From an uncultured delta proteobacterium (lineage in GTDB: Bacteria > Desulfobacterota > Zymogenia > Zymogenales > Zymogenaceae): a stretch of 64,000 nucleotides of DNA. Below are positions 49,767-59,957 of the stretch, in pieces. Both the position numbers and the translations under genes were made by a program. The DNA is taken from assembly GCA_963792965.1 (NCBI GenBank), contig CAWBYW010000013.1, forward strand, positions 64,001 through 128,000, in the 5' to 3' direction. Each line of letters starts with the position of its first letter. Position 1 is the stretch's first letter. Under the pieces are notes generated by a model. That model was given only the letters and a program-made list of their open reading frames with translations, made no database searches and was not told the origin of the DNA.

Positions 49767-49875
49767 TCATTTCTTCAAAAGGACATGGCAGTATGATATG
49801 CCTACCTTTGTGCTGCCGTTAAATAGAGTCTCGCCTTTATTAAGCACGATTACCCGCTGCGTCGAGGACTTCGAT
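49767..49875 (-). pseudogene. Remnant 3' end of a diverged wzt homolog
   Basis: SSTQRVIVLNKGETLFNGSTKVGISYCHVLLKK* vs SLTQRVIVLNKGEILFNGPTKRAISYYRKLLKK* at 51008. Confidence 0.85.
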
Positions 49876-50102
49876 AGCATGGCCCCTCTCTCTCGGAACG
49901 ACGGGATTGTAGCTTGGCCCGATCTTGAGCCCGACACCGGAAACATCGAAGAGAGAATAGAGGAGTTCTTTTCTATCCGTAGTGGAGCGCGATACCCGAT
50001 AAAGGTGCTACGCGGCAACGTTATCCGGATAGGATTTTACGCACCAATCCTATCTCTTTGAGACGCACGTAGTCTTCCTTCTGATAGTAGACGGATGCTT
50101 TT

Positions 50103-51011
50103 TCACCTGATCGGCCGGTTTGTCAAAAAGGCGAAAAAATCTATAAGCAGAGATATCGGCTTTCTTGCTTTTTTGACCAGTCTCCATGCCCTTGTGCCGG
50201 TTATCAAATCTATTTCTCGTCTGAGGCGCGTCAACTCGATGCTTTGCTCCGTCAGCTGCGTGCGCGCCATCCGCAGTTCTTCTTTCAGGCGTACGAGTTC
50301 GTTATCACGATCACTGAGCGCGGTACCGACTTCTCTGTTGTGCCCCACCAACTCAAAGAGGCGATTGTTCTCAATATCTCCGTCCATTATTGCGTAGGGG
50401 AATCCATCTCTCCACGCAACGTAATTGAAGCTGAGCTGGTCTCTCTTTGAGTGGCGAGCGCACTCCTTCCACCACTCGTTGCTGAACTGTTTCATCCTCG
50501 GAGAATTATGTCTCCTCAGCAGGACTCCGCCCGAGATGAGCCCGTTGTGCTCGGGATATCCCCTTCTGCGGTATTCCCTCATTTGTTTTTCAATAATTCT
50601 TTGATAGTCCTTATTCAATCCGAGACATGCTTTGGCTTCGTCATAAATGCAGTCCCTGTACGGGTGCCTGAAAGTCGCCAAATCATAATGGTCAAGGTAT
50701 TTCTCTATAAGATATCCTGTAAGAGAATTCTTGATTACCATGTTTGCATCGATCCACAGGGAGTACGTATATTTTTCCAGAAAGATCTGCGGAAGTATCT
50801 TGAAGAGTCGCGCCGATCTTACCGGGTCTGCATAAAGACCGGGGACAACCTTCAGTGAGAACAGAGAGGATTTCAGTGAGGGGTCGTCGGTAAAACATAC
50901 GTAATCGCAATCCTTGTCGACGGTGGCAGGATTCTTGAGGTCGTCCACCCCACCAAAAATAGCCGTATATATGACTATCTTGTTCTTTGGCCTGACCGTC
51001 GTCTTTTTCAT
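50103..51011 (-). CDS. DUF616-type glycosyltransferase with C-terminal coiled coil
   Basis: IYTAIFG..D, CFTD, SLWIDAN, HPYRDCIYDEA, RDQLSFNY. Confidence 0.85.
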   Translation of the reverse strand: MKKTTVRPKNKIVIYTAIFGGVDDLKNPATVDKDCDYVCFTDDPSLKSSLFSLKVVPGLYADPVRSARLFKILPQIFLEKYTYSLWIDANMVIKNSLTGYLIEKYLDHYDLATFRHPYRDCIYDEAKACLGLNKDYQRIIEKQMREYRRRGYPEHNGLISGGVLLRRHNSPRMKQFSNEWWKECARHSKRDQLSFNYVAWRDGFPYAIMDGDIENNRLFELVGHNREVGTALSDRDNELVRLKEELRMARTQLTEQSIELTRLRREIDLITGTRAWRLVKKARKPISLLIDFFAFLTNRPIR

Positions 51012-51766
51012 TTTTTCAGGAGCTTACGGTAGTATGATATGGCTCTCTTTGTGGGGCCATTAAATAGAATCTCACCCTTATTGAGCACGATGACCCGCTG
51101 TGTCAAGGATTCGATGATCTCCAGGTCGTGGCTCACGAGAACCAGAATCTTCGCCGACGTGATGAGACTTTTTATCCGACGCCGTGCCTTCTCGATGAAC
51201 AGCATGTCGCCGGCGGAGAGTATCTCATCGACCAGTAAGATCTCGGGACGGATGATCGTGGCGATGGTGAAGGCGAGCCTCATCGTCATACCCGCGGAGT
51301 AGTACTTGACCGGGATATCGATAAATTGACCGAGCTCGGCGAAATCGATGATCTCATTTTCCTTTTGTCTGATCTGTTTGCGCGTGAAGCCGAGCATGGC
51401 GCCGTTCAGATAAACATTGTCCCTGCCGGAAAATTCCGGATTGAATCCCGCCCCGATTTCTATCAGCGGCTGAACGGTCCCTACGATATCGATAGAACCC
51501 TCGGACGGTTTAAACAACCCGGATATCACCTTCAACAGTGTGCTTTTGCCAGACCCGTTGAGCCCGATTACCCCCAGCCGCTCGCCGTGGGCGATCTCAA
51601 GGTTGCAGTTCTTTAGCGCGTATAGTTTTCCGACCCGCTCATTGACATAACTCCTCCGGCCAAGAAAATTTACGACATATTCCTTAAGACTAGTGGTCCT
51701 GTCGTAATAGAGGTTGTAGACAAGGGAGACATCCTTGAGTTTCACACTACACTGCGCGTTCTTCAT
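51008..51766 (-). CDS. wzt: Polysaccharide ABC exporter ATPase (no C-terminal CBM)
   Basis: GLNGSGKST, GAGFNPEFSGRDN, YSAGM..RLAF, VDE, VSH; 252 aa. Confidence 0.93.
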   Translation of the reverse strand: MKNAQCSVKLKDVSLVYNLYYDRTTSLKEYVVNFLGRRSYVNERVGKLYALKNCNLEIAHGERLGVIGLNGSGKSTLLKVISGLFKPSEGSIDIVGTVQPLIEIGAGFNPEFSGRDNVYLNGAMLGFTRKQIRQKENEIIDFAELGQFIDIPVKYYSAGMTMRLAFTIATIIRPEILLVDEILSAGDMLFIEKARRRIKSLITSAKILVLVSHDLEIIESLTQRVIVLNKGEILFNGPTKRAISYYRKLLKK

Positions 51767-52566
51767 AGCCTGAAAATAATCTTATTATCGAATTTCTTGA
51801 GCACCCACAAACCAAAAAGAAAAGTAGAAAAGGAGAGAATCGTACATGCCGCTACGAGATAAAAATGGGGGAGACTTCCATCGTAAATGGGGCTGCGGAA
51901 AAGCTGTACATACCAATATAACGGGTTTAGCCTGATAATCCTCTGCAGGTAGAGCGGTAACAACGAGATCGGGTAGAGCACCGGTGTGAGGAAAAAAACC
52001 GTTTGCATCACTACCGGAATAATGAACAGGAAATCACGAAAATATACCGTGAGGACCCCCACGATGCTTACTTCCCCGATCAGGAAAAGGATCGTAAGAA
52101 TCACCGGAATCGGAAGAAAGAGATATTTCCACGAAAAAGATATCTGGGAAAAAGCAATTCCGAGGATTATCAGGGAAGTCAGGACAAAAGTGAAATTGAT
52201 CGTCTCCAATAGGATTATCTGAATGATATAGACAAGCTTCGGCGCGTAGATCTTCTTGATGAAGCTCTCGTTGCTGATGAGAACGGTAGGGGAATTGTTT
52301 ACGACATTGGCGAAAAGGTTATATATGACGATTCCTGAAAAAAGATACACGACATAATGCGGCATATTAAATTTAAACAAGCTGAAAAAGACGATGCCGA
52401 TGATAAGATTCTGCAGGAGCGGTGTGAGGACCGACCAAAAAAAACCGAGAAAGGACTTGCGGTACCTGTGTTTAAGGGATGAATAGACGAAATAGAAGAT
52501 CACCCATCTATACCGAAGCGTATTTCTTATTTCCGCCAGAATGCCGCTTTGTGCCCACACTATCAT
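51763..52566 (-). CDS. wzm: Polysaccharide ABC exporter permease
   Basis: RYRKSFLGFFW..LTP, YFRD, FFLTPVLYP, LNPL. Confidence 0.93.
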   Translation of the reverse strand: MIVWAQSGILAEIRNTLRYRWVIFYFVYSSLKHRYRKSFLGFFWSVLTPLLQNLIIGIVFFSLFKFNMPHYVVYLFSGIVIYNLFANVVNNSPTVLISNESFIKKIYAPKLVYIIQIILLETINFTFVLTSLIILGIAFSQISFSWKYLFLPIPVILTILFLIGEVSIVGVLTVYFRDFLFIIPVVMQTVFFLTPVLYPISLLPLYLQRIIRLNPLYWYVQLFRSPIYDGSLPHFYLVAACTILSFSTFLFGLWVLKKFDNKIIFRL

Positions 52567-52676
52567 GAACTACATCCCTTTGCCTTTCCGGTCGCCAAGC
52601 GCATGAAATCATCCCGCGAGATGTCACTTTGCTCTGTCCCTGCGCGGGATACGACTTTTCCGCAATCGATCTCGGC

Positions 52677-53522
52677 CTATCGTAATAAGACCTTGAGGGA
52701 AGTTATCGCAAACCGAAGCGTAATTCCAGAGAAAACGGTTATGTCGAGGAGCGTGTTTCTCCGGAAGTGTTTGGTATAGTAGATCCACATACCGCGGTGT
52801 CTCTCGAAATTGATTCTGATGGTCGGGACGGTTCTGCTTATCCCGATCTCGTGGGCGACGACTACCTCCGGGTCGTACATTATTTCATATCCCGCGTCTC
52901 TTACCCTGCGGCAGAAATCGATATCCTCATAAAAGACGAAGAAACGTTCATCAAAACCGCCGATCAGGTGAAAGATATCTTTCTTTATTATCATCGCGCA
53001 TCCCGAGACCCAGTCGACCGGTTGTGGCAGACTATCATCAATTATCGGATTAAGATACTCCCTGGAAAACTTATTGTTCGGGACGAGGCTTGTAAAGATA
53101 GAGCTCTTGTTGAAGATACCCGTCTTCAGGGTCGGGAAGCGTCGGGCCGAGAATTGTCTGGAATAATCGCCGGAGTTAACTACCTTTGGTCCCAACACGC
53201 TGACATGGTCTTCGGAAAAATAGTCACGGATGGCGCGTACGCCGGGGGTCAAGATCACCGCATCGGGATTCATCAGGAATATTAGATCGCCCTTCGCGCT
53301 CTTTACTCCCCTGTTGACGCCGTAGGAAAATCCCCTGTTTACTTCCGACTCGATAAGTCGTATCGAAGGAAATTCGCTCTTTATGATCTGTCTTGTGGCA
53401 TCGCTCGAATTATTGTCGACGACGATGACCTCATGGGGCATGTCATTTACGGCCAGTATATGATTCAGGCAATCCCGTATATATTTCTCACTATTGTAGG
53501 ACACGACGACGAAACTGATCAT
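52677..53522 (-). CDS. GT2 glycosyltransferase (WbbL-like)
   Basis: VVDNNSSD, NRGF..GVN, MNPD, DWVSGCAM, FYEDIDFC. Confidence 0.9.
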   Translation of the reverse strand: MISFVVVSYNSEKYIRDCLNHILAVNDMPHEVIVVDNNSSDATRQIIKSEFPSIRLIESEVNRGFSYGVNRGVKSAKGDLIFLMNPDAVILTPGVRAIRDYFSEDHVSVLGPKVVNSGDYSRQFSARRFPTLKTGIFNKSSIFTSLVPNNKFSREYLNPIIDDSLPQPVDWVSGCAMIIKKDIFHLIGGFDERFFVFYEDIDFCRRVRDAGYEIMYDPEVVVAHEIGISRTVPTIRINFERHRGMWIYYTKHFRRNTLLDITVFSGITLRFAITSLKVLLR

Positions 53523-54511
53523 GAGACCCACCGGGCAAAGACCTTTGTCTTGATTTTATCGAAAAGCCATCCCTTTACAAGCAGCGAGCCGATATAGTCC
53601 TCGGTGACCTTCACGGTCTTCCGGATTTCAGCTCTTTTTCTTAGTACCTTTCGAATGTTCAGTAGGAAAGAGAACTTCGCCTTCAGGAAGGAGAGCCATT
53701 GTCCCTTCAGGAGGAAATAGATGGATACAAAGAGGTTATACACGATGTGTGAGGGGAAGCTGGTAATCAATAAGCCCAGCGGCATGTTCTTGAGAAAAAC
53801 GTACTCACTATTTCTCTGCCCATAGTAGCTGAAGACCGTATCGACGTCTTTGATGGTCCCGTGCGTCTTATGATATACGATGGACTGAGGGCAGTAGATG
53901 CATTTGTGGCCTGCCAGCTGCGCCCTGAAACTGAGGTCGACGTCTTCGCACATGATGAAGAAATCTTCATCGAATAACCCAATCTCCTCCAGCATCTGAC
54001 GCCGATAGACCGCGGCGGCGGCGCAGGCGCCGAAGACGTATTGGGCATGAGCATACAAGTCTATCTTCTTGCCGAGTCCTCTTTTCGCGTTCACGCCCCC
54101 CGACGTATAGATATCGCCGGCGGTGTCGAGGATATCCCGGTGATAATAATCGACTATTTTCGAGGCACAAAACCCCGCATCGCGATATCGATTCAGGCAC
54201 TCCACGGACATTTTCAGCCAATCGGGGTGCGCGACGGCGTCGTTGTTGAGCAGGGCTACGAACTCCCCGGAGGATGATGTGATCCCGCGATTATTGGCGG
54301 CCGCAAAGCCGATATTGTCGTTTAGCGCAATGATCTTCACTCCCTTGAATCGGCGAGAGACATATTCCACCGAGCCGTCGGAGGAATAGTTATCCACGAG
54401 AGTCGCCGTAGCGTGCCGATAGCTTTGATTCATGACCGAATCGAGGCACTCGGGGAGATATCGTCTCCCGTTCCAGTTTATGATTACGACGTCCGCCTGA
54501 CCTTTCTTCAT
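53519..54511 (-). CDS. GT2 glycosyltransferase
   Basis: INWNG, VDNYSSDGS, GFAAANN, LLNND, FGACAAA, EDVDLSFR. Confidence 0.92.
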   Translation of the reverse strand: MKKGQADVVIINWNGRRYLPECLDSVMNQSYRHATATLVDNYSSDGSVEYVSRRFKGVKIIALNDNIGFAAANNRGITSSSGEFVALLNNDAVAHPDWLKMSVECLNRYRDAGFCASKIVDYYHRDILDTAGDIYTSGGVNAKRGLGKKIDLYAHAQYVFGACAAAAVYRRQMLEEIGLFDEDFFIMCEDVDLSFRAQLAGHKCIYCPQSIVYHKTHGTIKDVDTVFSYYGQRNSEYVFLKNMPLGLLITSFPSHIVYNLFVSIYFLLKGQWLSFLKAKFSFLLNIRKVLRKRAEIRKTVKVTEDYIGSLLVKGWLFDKIKTKVFARWVS

Positions 54512-54830
54512 GCCGCTTATAAATTTATCATCTTCTTGCACAGATATAAATAGATTTAATGGAATTTCTTGTCGTGAGCGGAAGGAAATTCTACTTACCC
54601 CCTCTCTTCACCCGACGCGGCGTCGCGATTTATTCGGAGTCTGATGTTCTTATTATCACGGGTTGTCCCGCTCCTCTTACTGTCGACGATGAGCTTCCCA
54701 CCTGAAGGACCCGCTTACCGCCGCGATCAGTTGCCGTCGACTTAGACGCCGTTATCGGGGAGGGCGGGTGTAATACCTCGCTACGCCCCGACCGCCTATC
54801 GACGCGGTCAGACAGCTGTTCGGTTTGCGT

Positions 54831-55676
54831 CTATGTCGTTTGTGACGGCATATCGATTTTAAGCCGTTCCCGCAGCCGCCGCGGCGGCATCACCGAATGG
54901 CCGCTGAGCTCTATGATTTTCACGATTCTTTCCAGCAACGTTTCATTTCCCGCCGGGATGGTCTTGTTTGCGTCATACCAGATATTGTCTTCTATTCCCA
55001 CGCGCACGCCGCCTCCGAGAGCAACGGAAAGTATATTCGCTTTCAGTTGGCTTGTTCCCAGGCCCCCTACCGACCAGACGGAATCATCCGGCAAATCATG
55101 TAAGAGTGCGGCGAGATGGTGGATTTCCGCCCGCGCGGATGCAATATTTCCGAGGAGTATATTGAAGTAATAGGGCGGGGTAAGATACTTCTTCTGAATC
55201 ATATAGAGACAGAAATTTACCATCCCAAGGTCAAAAATTTCAAGCTCGGGCTTAATCCCCTTTTCCTGCATTTTCTCGGCAAGCCTGATGATGGTCTCGG
55301 GCGCATTAACCGCGGGTCCCTGGGAAAAGTTGATGGAGCTCAGCATCAATGACCCCATGTCGGGCTTTGCGTCGCCGCCAAGATCGAGCACCTCCGACCT
55401 TTTTTCGAACTCGGAAAAAGTCCTTCCACTGCACGAAACGCAAATGACCACGTCCGGAGCGGTCTCTCTTATGCCGGAGATGATCTCGGCATAGATCTCT
55501 TTCTTATAGGTCGGAGAGCCGTCTTTCCCTCGGGCGTGGAGATGTACCGACGTAATCCCGATCGAACGGCATCTGGTGACATCCGTGACGATTTCTTTCG
55601 GCGTTATCGGTACGCGGGGATTCAGGTCCTTGGTAGGTATCATCCCGGTTGGTGCCAGATTTACGACGAGTTCCAT
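54831..55676 (-). CDS. Beta-keto acid cleavage enzyme (Kce/BKACE, DUF849)
   Basis: APTG, PITP, VHLHAR (HxH), KPELEIFD, VRVGIEDN. Confidence 0.9.
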   Translation of the reverse strand: MELVVNLAPTGMIPTKDLNPRVPITPKEIVTDVTRCRSIGITSVHLHARGKDGSPTYKKEIYAEIISGIRETAPDVVICVSCSGRTFSEFEKRSEVLDLGGDAKPDMGSLMLSSINFSQGPAVNAPETIIRLAEKMQEKGIKPELEIFDLGMVNFCLYMIQKKYLTPPYYFNILLGNIASARAEIHHLAALLHDLPDDSVWSVGGLGTSQLKANILSVALGGGVRVGIEDNIWYDANKTIPAGNETLLERIVKIIELSGHSVMPPRRLRERLKIDMPSQTT

Positions 55677-55838
55677 AGGTTGTGCTCAATATCTCAACAA
55701 GGTTTCTTAATAGGAAGATGAGCGTCCGGCCCGAGAAACCGCTTCCTTTCATCTCCTTACGGTACAGGTGTCAAAAGCGCCGATCCCTGGATGCTCAATG
55801 CCGCGATTGGTCCAAATACGGTATCGTCGGAAGAGACA

Positions 55839-56567
55839 TCACTTTCCGCCTATGTCCGTTTTCGTGATCTTGGCCGGCACACCGACCACCTGCACCCTGT
55901 CGGGGACATCCCGAGTCACGACGGCCCCGGCGCCGACGATACACGACGAGCCCACCGTGAGATGGTCGATGATGACCGCGCCGATACCGATATAGGCGGC
56001 GTTTTTCACCACACAACAGCCGGCGATGTTGGCCCCGGGATTGATGGTGACAAAGTCTCCTATTTCGGTATGGTGCCCGACGAGCGCCCCACGGTTGATG
56101 AGAACATGTTTCCCCACGCGGGTATGCGTCGAGATAACGGCGCCCCTGCCGACGATAGTGCCGTCCCCTATGGTGGCGCCGCCCGAGACCGCGGCCCTCG
56201 GATGAACAAGGGTCGCAAACGAAAATCCGAGCTTCTCTACCTGGTCGGTGAAGAGACTCCGGTGCGTCGTGCCCAGAGCGCAGAGCGCAAGGTGGCTTCC
56301 CGACAAGGGTGCTATCTCCTCTACCCAGAGAATGTCGATGCCGTCAATCGTGCCTTTGCACTTTTCCCGGTCCATGTTTTCCACGAAAGCGGCGCCGTAG
56401 AGATCGCTCGTATCAGAAAGGAGGTCAAAGACCTCGACTGCGAACGTCCCGGTGCCGAGGATAAGTACCGGAGTTTTCCCGTGATTCATTTCTTTCCCCG
56501 TGGAGTCAGTGTCGTTTATGTCCGACACGTGGGACGAAGTCCCCGTACCCTTTACCGCACCAATCAT
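55839..56567 (-). CDS. Hexapeptide-repeat sugar acyltransferase (NeuD/PglD family)
   Basis: LILGTG N-domain, TLVHPRA, LbH repeats, VGH, GAGAVVTRDV..VGVPAK; alternative ATG 56489. Confidence 0.9.
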   Translation of the reverse strand: MIGAVKGTGTSSHVSDINDTDSTGKEMNHGKTPVLILGTGTFAVEVFDLLSDTSDLYGAAFVENMDREKCKGTIDGIDILWVEEIAPLSGSHLALCALGTTHRSLFTDQVEKLGFSFATLVHPRAAVSGGATIGDGTIVGRGAVISTHTRVGKHVLINRGALVGHHTEIGDFVTINPGANIAGCCVVKNAAYIGIGAVIIDHLTVGSSCIVGAGAVVTRDVPDRVQVVGVPAKITKTDIGGK

Positions 56568-59450
56568 TTACGGGCCGTCTTGCTATAGAGCCCCCGGGCC
56601 CGAAGGAGTATCCCGGGCAGCATGATGCCCAGCATGGGAATCTTTTGCAGCGTAGAGAGGAACTTTCCTCGTTATCCTATAGCTCAGTCTCGCGTGCTGT
56701 TGCCGCATCATCTCGAGGGTCTGTTGGAGATGGTCTATTTCTCTGAGCAGGCCGCCGTAGTCTCGACATATCCTGTGAAGACTGTAGGCCTCGAATCTCG
56801 GCAGACAGACATTATTGCGAGCGATGCAACGATCGGATATATATTTATCCATCCGTACGATTGCTGAATCCTCTCTCAGTCTATAGAGCGCCAGGCTCTC
56901 ATTTATTATGCCCGTTTTATACCCCCGGCACGTCAGATTCAGATAGAAGGCCCAGTCTCCCTCCTTTACTTTACCATACTCGTCCCAGCCTCCCACTTCT
57001 TGGAGCACGTCTCTTCTGTAGCATCCTATATTGTCGCCGAAAATATTCTGCAATTGCCCCAGTATGATCGAGCCGTACTTCGGCCGATATCTGCTTACCA
57101 TGCTCCTTTGATCCTCGAAGTTATCTCCATCGTTAAACGTATCAAGATAGGTCGTAACGACCGGGCAGTCCGGGCTCCTTTCCATGAACGCAACGGTTTT
57201 GTATATGAAATCGGGCTTTAACATATTGTCGGAATCCAGGGCGATGATGTATTTTGTGGTCGCGTTCTTCCATGCCGTATTCTTTGCCCCCGACGCCCCC
57301 GTGTTGTCTTGTCTTATCATCCGAAAAGGTATTTTCAGTACCCTCGCTATTGTCCTCTGCGCATCTTCGCCGTAGCCTTGCCTGGACCCGTCATCAACAA
57401 AGATGACTTCTTTCGGCCATATTGTCTGGTTGTTCAGGCTTACCGAGAGGTCCCTGAGGTATCTGAAATCGGTGTTGAACAGAGGGACGATAACGCTGAC
57501 TAACTGCCCGCTCACGGGAGAATCTGGGAATCCGTCGGCGTTGCGTGACTGTAGCTCTCTGTTCTTCTCACGGTACGCTTTATTTATCTTTTCCTGCCTT
57601 TGGGCGACGCTCCTCTTCAGTCCGTTTACTATTTCCTTCCTCTGTTCGTTGTCTATCTCCAGATAGCGAAGGATCCCGTCCGTTATCTCTTGGCGGCTCT
57701 TCCCGGTCAATACGAACGGCCGATAAAAATCCGGCACGAACTCCTCTATACCGCCGTTGTCGGCCGCCAACAAAGGGCAGCATGAATCGATAACTTTCAG
57801 CACGGACATCGGATAGTTGTCTCCGCCGTAGGGCAGGATACAGAGGGACTCCGGCCCGAGAGACGATATCAGATCGATTGCGCCGCTCACCTCGCCGTCG
57901 TAGCATTCGATCTCAATTACATCATCAAGGTCGTTTATATACCGCTCCCCGACGACGTCCTTGAGATTCTCACCAATGAGAAGAGCTTTCTTTATTCTTG
58001 CAGGCACGAGGCCCCTTCGCCGAAGACCTTTCAGCAGTTCGACGAACGTCCGGCAGCTTTCAGTCGTGCCGTGTCCGCCGAAGAAGATCAACGTGCCTAT
58101 GTCTGACGCCGTATCGGCGTAATTACTCGTGTAATCGAAACAATAGGGGCCGATGTCGATTTCCTTGTCTATCTCGTAGCCCTCGTCAAGGTATAGATCT
58201 CTTGAAAACCGACTCGGGAAAGATACGAGGTCTGCTTTTTCTATGAGCTCTTTTTCCTGATAAAGGGCGTCCATCCCAGATCGCGGCGTCCAATATTTCC
58301 GTGCGTTCTCAAGTAAAGCGTGGGAACCGTGGCACGTTACCTTGAGGAGAATGTCACCAGGTATGAGCCCCGCCTTCTTTGCCTGCGCGATCCTGTAGCC
58401 GTGGCCCATATAGTCCTGCATCTCCAACAGCCTTATGCCGTCGTAAAAGAAGACCATTTGGAGGAAGGCATCCAAGACCATATCGCCTATATCCGCGCGG
58501 GCGTCGGTGCATACCATCTTCCCGGGGAAGATCCACTCCCTTCTGAGGTCAATCGGAATGTCGCCCTCGCTTCCCGTAAAAAAGATCAAAGGCCTTCGTG
58601 CCGCGACCGCCTCGGCCTCTCCCGCGTAGACTCCGATCCAACCGGAGCCTCTTGCCTTTATATGTTCGGAGGTGAGTATCACGTGTCCGTTCTCTTCAGG
58701 CAAACCATTCTCTGCCAAGAAGCGAGAAAAGAAATCGTCAGAACAGGATACCTCTAACCAGCAGCTCCTCTTTTCTTTCCGTGGGCCGTCCGGCCCCGTG
58801 TACCGCTGCTTTTCAATGCTGAAGCCTGAGGAGGCTATGAAGTCTGTCAATTCCTTAAGGCTCCATTCTCTTATGGAGTCGGCACGACGTGGCAATCCAT
58901 TCGGATCTCTGCGAATGGTGCGTCTGGACTGTGTCGTGATTATGAGCCTGCTTTCGCGGTGTCTCTTCAAATTCTTTCGCAGGCCTCTCAGGATCGGCCT
59001 CGGGTCGGCAAGGCGACCTATCAGATCGGAGAGGATATACAACGTAGGGATTTCGTCTGCGTAGCCTTCAAGAGAGCTTTGGATCGACGGGTAATAATCC
59101 AGGTGGCACTCGCGAACCGGTATCTCCGTCTTCTCGGTCTTTTCCGCGGAACGGGGCGGACGGATTACGCCGAGGCGGTATCCCTCATCCCTAAAGACGT
59201 GCCGGAACATGTCCGGCAATACGTGGCCGATAGCTACGATCCTCTCTATCTTATGAAGTTCGGCGACCTCTCGGGCTCGGTAGTATGCGGCTTCCTGCGT
59301 TTCGAGTCCTTCTTCGCCGGGAGAGTCACCCTGCGACGCCCAGATGGCGCGCGCGGAAGCGCCCGAACCGAAGTTTCTGTCGGGTGTTGTTCTTCTTATA
59401 TCGACGGCCGGGGGAGGGGACTTGACTTCCAAAATATCGTTCGCCATCAC
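56564..59450 (-). CDS. Multidomain glycosyltransferase (degenerate methyltransferase-like + GT4-like + GT2), +1 frameshift near 56665
   Basis: GT2 VSVIVPLFN, VDDGS, LDSDN; GT4-like DNYPMSV..GGIEE; removing one A gives ...RKFLSTLQKIPMLG...KTARK* with ATGA overlap to the next gene. Confidence 0.8.
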
Positions 59451-59781
59451 TGAAATCTCTCACCGCGTCTTGCCCGACGGGGGGCGATGGTGCCGGATGA
59501 AAGGGGCCCGGTATACGGCTATCTGAGCCCGGTTGTGTGCGCTTGTCCCGTCGTCTTCCCATCGAATGTCTCTCCGCTTCGGGACCGACCCGAACGCCGT
59601 CGGATATCTTTCATCGAAGGCGGCACTACGGAAATCCATATAATATATCGACCGGGGGCAATAGTCAACCAACTCCGTATCTCCTTTACGGATCCGCCGG
59701 ATCTGTTTCACGTCAGGAGTATGGCCGGTGAGCAAGAAAGGCCGAAATCGTACGATTCCTTCGTCAGTTGGCTCTTTTCAC

Positions 59782-59810
59782 TTGACAAGAGAAGGCACGA
59801 TTTCTACCAT
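59782..59810 (+). promoter_or_regulatory. Sigma70 promoter for thiM operon
   Basis: TTGACA-17 nt-TACCAT. Confidence 0.6.
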
Positions 59811-59957
59811 TCTATTAGATACTCTCTTGAGGGTTGAAAGCGGCAAAGAGTTTGCCCGCAATGCGGGGGCAGGTTTCGTGAGTGCCGGCTCCCGCCGAAA
59901 CCGGGGGAGATAGGCGCCCTTCTGGTGTGCCTGGAAACAGGAGGAGGAAGTAAAACG

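Noticed and set aside
54713-54724. ops/JUMPstart-like GGCGGTAAGC on the minus strand upstream of GT2 genes
   Set aside because: Imperfect match to GGCGGTAGnnTG and likely by chance in GC-rich DNA
59460-59735. 91-aa ORF upstream of the large GT
   Set aside because: No RBS or recognisable motif; may be a fragment but cannot be supported
59811-59957. Canonical TPP, Moco or c-di-GMP riboswitch before thiM
   Set aside because: Consensus blocks are absent or out of order; kept only as an unassigned candidate
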